From NCBI GenBank assembly GCA_900546055.1, contig URBG01000002.1:14347-78346 (forward strand): a stretch of DNA of 64,000 bases, in the 5' to 3' direction. The stretch comes from an uncultured Mycoplasmatota bacterium (GTDB taxonomy: Bacteria; Bacillota_I; Bacilli_A; RF39; UBA660). The position numbers and the translations under genes are program-made. The notes beneath the pieces are model-generated. The model made no database searches and was not told where the DNA came from. It saw only the letters and a program-made list of their open reading frames with translations. Positions 56,668 to 64,000 of the stretch are shown here, one piece after another (the stretch's first letter is position 1; the number at the start of each line of letters is the position of its first letter).

Positions 56668-58470
56668 ATGTGTGGTATTATTGGTTATGTTGGAAATAAA
56701 AACGCCATTAATGTTTTAATGGACGGTTTAAAATCTTTAGAATATCGTGGTTATGATTCAGCTGGAATTGCTTATCGTACTTGCAACCGCGTTGAAATCA
56801 TTAAAGCCAGTGGTAAAATTAAAAATCTTGAAGGTAAATTAAAAAAAGATGTATACGGCAATATTGGTATTGGCCATACCAGATGGGCCACCCATGGTCG
56901 CCCTGACGAAAAAAACTCTCACCCTCACCGTCAAGGCAAATTTACAATCGTTCATAATGGAATTATTGAAAATTATGAAGCGTTAAAAAAATTATTAGTT
57001 AAATCCGGCTATAAATTCAAATCAGAAACAGATAGTGAAGTTATTGCTGCCCTTTTAGATAAACTATACAAAGAAAAACCAGATATTTTAAAAGTCCTAG
57101 TTCAAATAAAAAACCTTTTAGTTGGTTCCTATGCTTTAGGCATACTTTGCGATGATATACCAAATTCTTTATACGCAATTAGACGTGATAGTCCACTTAT
57201 TATTGGTATTAGTGACAAAGAAAATTTCATTGCTTCTGATGTTCCAGCTATTTTAAAATATACAGATAAATATATATTAATTGAAAGCAATGAAATAATT
57301 GAAATTAGTGATAAAGTTAATATATATGATGATAAATTAGATAAAGTTAATAAAGAAATTTTAACTTTCGAAGGTAGCATCACCCAGGCTGAAAAAAACG
57401 GCTATGATCACTTTATGTTAAAAGAAATTCATGAAGAACCCGAAGTTGTTAAACACACCCTTAAACCATTCTTAAAATATGGTTTGGAAAGTTTAATAGA
57501 AAATATGCCAGACTTTGAAAAATACACAAATATTACTATCATAGGTTGCGGTAGTGCCTACCACGCTGGATTAATTGGCAAAAACCTAATTGAAAAATAC
57601 GCTAATATTAAAACAGATGTTTACATAGCTTCTGAATTTAGATATCAAAAAGTTTTTACTGATGAAAATACTTTAGTTATTTTAATTTCACAATCAGGAG
57701 AAACAGCTGACACTCTTGCATGTTTAAGAAAAGCTAACGAACTAGGTTTAGATACTTTAGCCATCGTCAATGTTATTGGTTCTTCTTTAGCTAGAGAAGC
57801 TTCTAAAACTATTTATATTAAAGCTGGACCTGAAATATCAGTAGCAACCACTAAAGCTTATCTAGCCCAAATTACAATTTTAAGCTTAATTGCTTTAACA
57901 ATTGGTAATAATCGAAACTTAATTAGTGATAAAAAAGCTTTAGAAATTATTAGTTCCCTTGAAGACACCCCGCTTATTTTAGAAACACTTATTAATGAAA
58001 ATTATAAAGGAATTGCGAAAACACTTTGTAAAAAAGAAAATTGTTTCTATATTGGAAGAGGCATTGATTATGCCTTATGTCTAGAAGGTGCTTTAAAATT
58101 AAAAGAAATTTCTTATATTACTACTTTAGCTTATCCTGCTGGTGAATTAAAGCATGGTACAATTTCCTTAATTGATAAAGGTACAAACGTTATCGCTGTT
58201 GTTACCGACAAAAACATTGCTGAAAAAACCTTCAGCAATATTAAAGAAGTCAAAGCTAGAGGCGCTTTTATAACTCTAATAACTACAGATAAACTAGATG
58301 AAAATTTAGACTGGGTCGATAACAAAATTATTATCCCAGATAATAATGACTTTACTAATCCAATTATTGCTAGTATCCCTCTACAATTAATTGGTTATGA
58401 AAGTGCCAAATTAAAAGGCTGCGATATCGATAAACCTAAAAATCTAGCTAAATCAGTTACTGTTGAATAG
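56668..58470 (+). CDS. glmS: Glutamine--fructose-6-phosphate aminotransferase
   Basis: MCGIIGY N-terminal nucleophile, two SIS domains, C-terminal KSVTVE. Confidence 0.95.
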   Translation: MCGIIGYVGNKNAINVLMDGLKSLEYRGYDSAGIAYRTCNRVEIIKASGKIKNLEGKLKKDVYGNIGIGHTRWATHGRPDEKNSHPHRQGKFTIVHNGIIENYEALKKLLVKSGYKFKSETDSEVIAALLDKLYKEKPDILKVLVQIKNLLVGSYALGILCDDIPNSLYAIRRDSPLIIGISDKENFIASDVPAILKYTDKYILIESNEIIEISDKVNIYDDKLDKVNKEILTFEGSITQAEKNGYDHFMLKEIHEEPEVVKHTLKPFLKYGLESLIENMPDFEKYTNITIIGCGSAYHAGLIGKNLIEKYANIKTDVYIASEFRYQKVFTDENTLVILISQSGETADTLACLRKANELGLDTLAIVNVIGSSLAREASKTIYIKAGPEISVATTKAYLAQITILSLIALTIGNNRNLISDKKALEIISSLEDTPLILETLINENYKGIAKTLCKKENCFYIGRGIDYALCLEGALKLKEISYITTLAYPAGELKHGTISLIDKGTNVIAVVTDKNIAEKTFSNIKEVKARGAFITLITTDKLDENLDWVDNKIIIPDNNDFTNPIIASIPLQLIGYESAKLKGCDIDKPKNLAKSVTVE

Positions 58471-58471
58471 A

Positions 58472-58497
58472 AAAAATCGGATTAATTTCCGATTTTT
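58472..58497. terminator. Bidirectional terminator between glmS and the convergent operon
   Basis: AAAAATCGGA-TTAATT-TCCGATTTTT, with an A-run and a T-run on either side. Confidence 0.8.
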
Positions 58498-60019
58498 ATT
58501 TTACAATAATATAATTTTTAATATTATCAGCAGTTATATCTTTATCATAAGCTTGAATTTCTATTTCAATTGAATTACTACTGTTAACTGGATACACAGT
58601 ATAAACCTCAGTATAAGTAGTATCATAAGCAGTTGTTACTTTCGTTGTATGTACCTTCATTGTTTTATTATTTATTGTTGTTGTAAATTCATTATCAACA
58701 TATTGATAATCAGCATAGCGATACTTAGTAATTGTTTCCATTTCATAGCCATACACTTTATCTGCATCCATACTTCTGTGTGAATATTTAATTGAATCAT
58801 ATCCATCATTCATATGAAAACTACTATAATCACTATCATTACCATCATAAGGTCTATCAAAGCCACTAGGTACTTTGAAAGTCACTATATTACTACCAGA
58901 ACCCATGGTTACCTTTGATGTTCCAGTATTTTTAGTTGACTTTTCTACTGTTGAATGATTATCATCATAGTTTTCTAATTTATCAAAAGCATCTACATTA
59001 TATCCTAATGATACTAAAACCGTTGCGATAATTCCTATAAAGAAAATTATAAATACAACAAAACAACCACCACAGCCACCTACAGAAAGACCTATTACTG
59101 CTCCGTTACTCAAACCAGTTTGTTGAACATTGAAATCAACCTCTTTAGTCCATCTTCTATACATATTAGCTACAGTCATTCTCATATATGGAAGAATCCA
59201 TATTAATAAAATACCTAAAGTTAAAATTGAAAGTAACCACCAACCAAAGAAACTTAAATTAGTTCCATAATACTCAACTCTATGACCTTTAATAATATCT
59301 AAAGCTCGTTTAAAAGATAAAGTAAAAGTTTCCTTTGGTGTATTTTCATCAGCTAAAACACATAAGAAAATATCAATTGCTGGTCCATAATAAATGGATG
59401 CCACAATAAGTCCAATCATTAAGAAGAATCCTAAAAATGGAATTATCGTTGCTAAAAAGCCAACTACAAAACCAATAACATAAACTAATACCATTACTAA
59501 TAAATAATAGCCAAGATTTTTCATATTTTTAAATGGTCTTGTAAAAACATCACCAAAGCTAATTGGTTTACCTCTTACGGCATCAAAAGCTACAGATAAA
59601 ATTCCATAACCAAATACAGCTCCAACCAATGTAAATAAAATGCTTTCTATTGAACTAGCCCAAATTGGCATCGTAAATTCATCTGTATAAGCAGAATAAT
59701 CAACTCCACTTACCGATGCAATAATTGCCCCTATCGCCCCACAAATTATAAGATAAACAAGGGTAGCTAATACAAGCGGTGTTTTAGGTCTTGCTTTAGC
59801 ATCAGCTTTTAAAGCTTTTCTAACCCCTCCTGGATTAATCATATTACTAATTACTCCTGGATTTGGATTAGAATAATTAGTAGGTACTTCTAACGTTTCT
59901 GGAGTTTGAACTCCTGTTTGATTTGCATTACTAGCTGCCACTTCGTTCATTGGTGCCCCACAATGAATACAAAATTTAGCATCACCAGCATTTGCTGTTC
60001 CACATCTACTGCAAAACAT
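58496..60019 (-). CDS. Zinc-ribbon / polytopic membrane protein (DUF975-like core) with extracytoplasmic C-terminal domain
   Basis: MFCSRCGTANAGDAKFCIHCGAPM (CxxC..CxxC zinc ribbon), then about 7 TM helices with a GKPISFGDVF...YGPAIDIF...FFGWWLL pattern reminiscent of DUF975, then a Tyr/Thr-rich soluble domain of about 170 aa. The ATG at 60019 follows AGGAAGG. Confidence 0.5.
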   Translation of the reverse strand: MFCSRCGTANAGDAKFCIHCGAPMNEVAASNANQTGVQTPETLEVPTNYSNPNPGVISNMINPGGVRKALKADAKARPKTPLVLATLVYLIICGAIGAIIASVSGVDYSAYTDEFTMPIWASSIESILFTLVGAVFGYGILSVAFDAVRGKPISFGDVFTRPFKNMKNLGYYLLVMVLVYVIGFVVGFLATIIPFLGFFLMIGLIVASIYYGPAIDIFLCVLADENTPKETFTLSFKRALDIIKGHRVEYYGTNLSFFGWWLLSILTLGILLIWILPYMRMTVANMYRRWTKEVDFNVQQTGLSNGAVIGLSVGGCGGCFVVFIIFFIGIIATVLVSLGYNVDAFDKLENYDDNHSTVEKSTKNTGTSKVTMGSGSNIVTFKVPSGFDRPYDGNDSDYSSFHMNDGYDSIKYSHRSMDADKVYGYEMETITKYRYADYQYVDNEFTTTINNKTMKVHTTKVTTAYDTTYTEVYTVYPVNSSNSIEIEIQAYDKDITADNIKNYIIVK

Positions 60020-60057
60020 ACATCTCACCTTCCTCTACTATATTTATAAAAACAATA

Positions 60058-60465
60058 TTAACCTGATAAAGAAAATTCTAGGGATGACGCTTTAGATAAA
60101 TCAATGTTAGTCTCGGCCGTAACACTTACTGTTTGTTCAGGCTCTAGTTGTCCCCCAAAATAACCTAACAAAACAGCAATTGTTTTAGTGCCATTCTTAA
60201 CTGTAATCTTAAGTGACTGATATTCCAAAATATCACTAGTCAAGTTTCGCACTTTCGCACTAAATGTTGATCTTTCCTTTCGCGTATCTAAATTAATATT
60301 TGTAATTACCACTTTTTCATCAACCACTTGGTCTTCTAATATATCCTTACGAACAGTTTTAACCTCTTTTACTTCCTTCTCTGGTGTCTTTTCTGTAAAA
60401 ACAAACCACGAAAGCGCTAAAACAGTAACCGCCAAAAGAATAAATACTATTAATTTCTTATTCAT
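60058..60465 (-). CDS. Small membrane-anchored beta-rich protein, hypothetical
   Basis: 135 aa. N-terminal TM helix (LIVFILLAVTVLALSWFVF), a Lys/Glu linker and a predicted beta-sandwich-sized domain. Starts 8 nt after the ATPase stop. Confidence 0.5.
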   Translation of the reverse strand: MNKKLIVFILLAVTVLALSWFVFTEKTPEKEVKEVKTVRKDILEDQVVDEKVVITNINLDTRKERSTFSAKVRNLTSDILEYQSLKITVKNGTKTIAVLLGYFGGQLEPEQTVSVTAETNIDLSKASSLEFSLSG

Positions 60466-60473
60466 TTGCTATC

Positions 60474-62225
60474 TTAAACTTTCCATCTTTCAACAACATC
60501 ACAACTACTACTTGATGGTGCAGGATTTGGCATTTGCATTCTAACAATCATTGGAACCTTAAATGCTTGACCAAAGGCCATACAAGTTCCCGGCTGCAAC
60601 GACTTTTGCTTTTCAACAATTTCAGCACTAATATTCGGTAACATCTTCGTAATATACTCAACATCCCTTGGATGGTTTAGTTTAAAAATTAAGAAATTCG
60701 CACATTGTGATATAACAGTCTCTGAAATTTCTACTGGTCTTTGGGAAATCAAATTCAAAATGATTCCATATTTTCTTCCCTCTTTAGCCACACGCTCAAA
60801 AATGTTGTATCCTATTAATTCCACATCCCCATCATTTTGAACATATCTATGTGCTTCTTCAACAAAAATATGAAATGGAATAGATGCCCTTTGTTTTAAA
60901 CGCTTCGTAAAATTAAATAACATCTTTGAATATATTTTAACTACTACTTTAGCAAACCAATCATCAACATCTTCTAAATTAAAGTTAATAATTTGTGCTT
61001 TTTTACCATTCACTGATACTAATGTTGCAATATAATTTTCCATTGTAATAAAACTTGGATAACGTAAATATCTTGAATTTTCAGAAATAGTTAAAGAATG
61101 AAGACGAACTTTTAAAGTGATTGCATCACTATAAGTTTCATCATTATGTAATAATCCTTCACTAATTAAAGTAAAATCTAAAGCTTTTTCCAAATCTTCT
61201 AAAGTATAATATTTTATTTCAGTTGGCTCATATTTATCTAAAGATTCATCAATATGATTAGTTACATATTCAGTCATTAATATACTTTCTGGAAATTGTC
61301 CGGCTGTATCAATTGTAAAACATTCCCTAAATTTACGCGTATAACCAATACCTTGAACTGGTGCTTCTAAATTAAATTCATCAGTTGAACAAGTAGCTAA
61401 AATTTGAAAAACATCATTTCGCTTACTACTTGCAGTCTGATTTGTATATAAAATACTCATAATCGCTTTGGCAATCAAATGATTTTTATAACGAATAGCT
61501 GTATCATCCTCTAGTGCGAAGATATTAGCCAATTTAAGCATACGTTCAATAATTGTAAGCTGTGAATGCGTTTCTGACCTTAACAATAAAGCCATGTCAT
61601 CAATATCTAATAACCAAACTGGTAAATTTAAAATCTGACCATCTGTTTGATTAACATTGGTCGTATAAAATTTAAAGTTCAAATTGGGATTAATCCTACT
61701 AACATCCATTAACGCATTATGATATTCTCCATATGCATCAAAAATAAAGAAATTTGATTTAAACGGTAATAACTTTGGATTAGAAAATACATTTTGCAAA
61801 ATACGAGCTACCCCACATGATTTACCACTACCACTGTTACCAAAAATTGCCATATGGCTACTAAATAAATCATTAATATCAACTCTAATTGGATAATCAT
61901 CATATAAAGGACTTACCCCTAAAATAAATGATGAATCATTATCTTCCCCAACTAACATTGCCACTTCATCACGATTAATCAAACGAAGATTAGCATTAAA
62001 TGTTGGTTTACGAATAACTCCTCCAACAAAACGATTATTAACAATCTCTCCTAAAAATCTTATTTTAATAATACCATCACTGATATCTTCAACTTCACCT
62101 AATATTTTTTTCTTCTCATCTTCAAAAATAACATGCATATTCATTATATTTGTTGACATTGAACCATCTTGTAATCTTTGAACATGAGCTTCATTATCAC
62201 TAATGTAAACTATTTTCCCAAACAT
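60474..62225 (-). CDS. HerA/FtsK-superfamily ATPase (DUF87-type)
   Basis: 583 aa. An N-terminal barrel-like segment (GKIVYISDNEAHVQ...GEVEDISDGIIKIRFLGEI), Walker A IFGNSGSGKS, Walker B FHIFVEEAHRYV, and a later LISQRP sensor-like motif. AGGAGG RBS. Confidence 0.7.
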   Translation of the reverse strand: MFGKIVYISDNEAHVQRLQDGSMSTNIMNMHVIFEDEKKKILGEVEDISDGIIKIRFLGEIVNNRFVGGVIRKPTFNANLRLINRDEVAMLVGEDNDSSFILGVSPLYDDYPIRVDINDLFSSHMAIFGNSGSGKSCGVARILQNVFSNPKLLPFKSNFFIFDAYGEYHNALMDVSRINPNLNFKFYTTNVNQTDGQILNLPVWLLDIDDMALLLRSETHSQLTIIERMLKLANIFALEDDTAIRYKNHLIAKAIMSILYTNQTASSKRNDVFQILATCSTDEFNLEAPVQGIGYTRKFRECFTIDTAGQFPESILMTEYVTNHIDESLDKYEPTEIKYYTLEDLEKALDFTLISEGLLHNDETYSDAITLKVRLHSLTISENSRYLRYPSFITMENYIATLVSVNGKKAQIINFNLEDVDDWFAKVVVKIYSKMLFNFTKRLKQRASIPFHIFVEEAHRYVQNDGDVELIGYNIFERVAKEGRKYGIILNLISQRPVEISETVISQCANFLIFKLNHPRDVEYITKMLPNISAEIVEKQKSLQPGTCMAFGQAFKVPMIVRMQMPNPAPSSSSCDVVERWKV

Positions 62226-62234
62226 ATTTGCCTC

Positions 62235-62525
62235 CTATATTAATTCTTCTATTTTTTCTTTTATTTCATTATCTAAATTTTTAATTATCTTTTTTATTTC
62301 TAATGCTTTTTGATATAACTTTAATTTTTCTTCGTATGTTTCTAATTTTATAGCAACTTCTTTTAACTGTTTATGAACAGCATTGCGACTAATTTTATTA
62401 TTTTCACTAATCTCTGATAACGTTAAATTATCAAAATAATAATCTTCAAAATAAGCTTGCTGTTTTAACGTTAATAAATCTCCATAATAATCATAAAGGT
62501 TTATTAAATAAATTCGATTATCCAT
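62235..62525 (-). CDS. ylxM: YlxM/UPF0122 putative DNA-binding protein of the SRP operon
   Basis: YDYYGDLLTLKQQAYFEDYYFDNLTLSEISENNKISRNAVHKQLK is the YlxM signature (sigma-70 region 4-like HTH). Confidence 0.85.
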   Translation of the reverse strand: MDNRIYLINLYDYYGDLLTLKQQAYFEDYYFDNLTLSEISENNKISRNAVHKQLKEVAIKLETYEEKLKLYQKALEIKKIIKNLDNEIKEKIEELI

Positions 62526-62775
62526 TTATTAAATTGAAAACTCCAAGTCCAATAAAGAGAACACCAAATGCTATAAAAAAGAAAATCATGTACTTTTTAT
62601 CATAATAATCACGTTTATTATAAGCTATAGTCATAAATGTTAAACCAGCTACAATATCAGCGATTGGTAAAAATGTTTTCCAAAAGAATGATAAAATTAC
62701 CAAAACTATTAAAACGATTAACAATCCAAATTGAATCATAAGTCCAATATCCATTTTCCCATTACTACTTTTCAT
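62518..62775 (-). CDS. Small 3-TM membrane protein, hypothetical
   Basis: 85 aa wedged between ftsY (a 2-nt gap) and ylxM (an 8-nt overlap). Confidence 0.5.
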   Translation of the reverse strand: MKSSNGKMDIGLMIQFGLLIVLIVLVILSFFWKTFLPIADIVAGLTFMTIAYNKRDYYDKKYMIFFFIAFGVLFIGLGVFNLING

Positions 62776-62777
62776 CT

Positions 62778-63752
62778 CTACTCCTCCATTCCTTTGAATA
62801 AACCATATATATATTTTTCAATATCAAACACTTTTAAATCTTCTTTGCCTTCACCTAAACCAACAAATTTAACTGGAATTCCTGTACTATCTTTGATTGC
62901 TAAAACAATTCCACCTTTAGCTGTTCCATCTAATTTAGAAAGAACAATTCCTGTAATATCAGTTATTTCTTGAAAGCTTTTGGCTTGACTTATTCCATTT
63001 TGTCCAGTTGTAGCATCAACCACTAATAAAGTTTCATGTGGGGCCTCAGGAATTAACTTACCAATAACTTTATTTATTTTTTCTAATTCCTTCATTAAAT
63101 TAACTTTATTCTGCAATCTTCCAGCAGTATCAATTAAAACAACATCATAATTTTCCTCTTTAGCCTTTAAAGCACCATCATACATTACACTAACTGGATC
63201 AGCATTCTCTCGGCAAACAATATCTACACCAATATTTTTAGCCCATTCTGCTAATTGTTCCGTTGCACCAGCCCTAAATGTATCACCTGCAACCATCAAA
63301 ACCTTTTTGCCTTCATTTTTAAGTTTATGAGCTATTTTACCAATCGTCGTAGTTTTACCTGCTCCATTAACACCAACAAATAAAATAACCGTTGGCCCTT
63401 CTGAACTATAATTAATTTTGTTGACAATAATATCATTATTAACATAAATTACAAACATTTCATCGACAATAATTTCTTTAAGCTCATCAGCTGTTGTAAT
63501 ATTTTCTTTTTTTACCCTCGTTTTCAAGCGATCAATAATATCCATAACTGTATTAACACCAATATCAGCCATAATTAAAATTTCTTCTAATTCTTCAAAA
63601 TATTCATCATCAACTCTATTATGTCTACTATTTAAATTTATAAGTGAAGTCAAAAAATTGTTTCTGGTTTTTTCTAAACCCTTATCATATAATTCAACTT
63701 CTGCCTTTTCTTCTTTTTTAAAGACATTTTTAAATCTATCAAATAAACCCAT
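62778..63752 (-). CDS. ftsY: Signal recognition particle receptor FtsY
   Basis: GVNGAGKTTT, DTAGRL, and the SKLDGTAKGG SRP-GTPase motifs. The ATG at 63752 (MGLFDRFK) follows AAGGGTGA. Confidence 0.95.
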   Translation of the reverse strand: MGLFDRFKNVFKKEEKAEVELYDKGLEKTRNNFLTSLINLNSRHNRVDDEYFEELEEILIMADIGVNTVMDIIDRLKTRVKKENITTADELKEIIVDEMFVIYVNNDIIVNKINYSSEGPTVILFVGVNGAGKTTTIGKIAHKLKNEGKKVLMVAGDTFRAGATEQLAEWAKNIGVDIVCRENADPVSVMYDGALKAKEENYDVVLIDTAGRLQNKVNLMKELEKINKVIGKLIPEAPHETLLVVDATTGQNGISQAKSFQEITDITGIVLSKLDGTAKGGIVLAIKDSTGIPVKFVGLGEGKEDLKVFDIEKYIYGLFKGMEE

Positions 63753-63917
63753 ATTATCACCCTTATTGTCTATCATCATTTTACACTATTTAATTTTATA
63801 AAGCAAGAAAAAGGTACTAAATATTAATGATGTTTTAGCAAAATCAATGTTAATTCATATGAATTACCCATTTTTAAATAAACTCTATTGTATAGCCTTT
63901 TATATCACCTATAAAAA

Positions 63918-63953
63918 AGAGCAATTTTAACACTAAATGTTTAAAATTACTCT
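63918..63953 (-). terminator. Terminator of the gene entering from the right edge
   Basis: AGAGCAATTTTAA-N10-TTAAAATTACTCT (one mismatch), flanked by an A-run and a T-run, 4 nt after the stop at 63958. Confidence 0.65.
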
Positions 63954-63957
63954 TTTT

Positions 63958-64000
63958 TTATTCGTATAAATATTCGATTTTTTTAATATCTTCTATTTTA
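63958..64000 (-). CDS. 3' end of an unidentified gene (only 13 codons visible)
   Basis: Minus-strand reading ...KIEDIKKIEYLYE then TAA at 63958-63960, followed by a terminator. The product cannot be called from 13 residues. Confidence 0.3.
   Translation of the reverse strand, partial: KIEDIKKIEYLYE

Overview
AT-rich chromosomal segment (GC about 30% by eye, not computed) from a cell-walled, low-GC Bacillota-type bacterium. About 70 of roughly 78 genes are on the minus strand. Most of the window is housekeeping, in blocks that follow Bacillus subtilis gene order: lspA-rluD; cvpA/rnhC; hisS-aspS; dtd-relA; comN-secDF; spoVB-like/yrzE/tgt; lexA/tkt/yneF; nusB-xseA-xseB; radC-mreC-mreD ... spoIVFA/FB-like-rplU-prp-rpmA; murG-murB-divIB-ftsA-ftsZ; glmS; ftsY-ylxM. 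I found no rRNA, tRNA, CRISPR array, transposase, integrase or prophage genes.

The non-housekeeping material sits between these blocks:
- A three-gene operon of Pro/Asp/Glu-rich proteins and a thioester-domain adhesin, between hisS and dtd.
- Two paralogous surface proteins that share an N-terminal module.
- Two prepilin-type pilins with an Ig-like membrane protein, after xseB.
- An orphan Flp-like pilin.
- A degenerate CPBP protease with a coupled 56-aa tail-anchored peptide, next to a 12-codon micro-ORF transcription unit.
- A HerA/FtsK-type ATPase with two membrane proteins, where ffh normally follows ylxM.

The two observations I rate highest:
1. A sharply bounded, A-depleted, NNC-codon-rich patch of about 105 nt at the 3' end of surface-protein gene 38012-39274. 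It ends in a GC-rich run followed by a hairpin. This resembles a diversity-generating-retroelement variable region, but no reverse transcriptase or template repeat is in the window.
2. The ftsY-(85 aa)-ylxM-HerA-like ATPase-membrane protein-zinc-ribbon membrane protein operon.

All product calls come from reading motifs in the supplied translations. No database search was possible.
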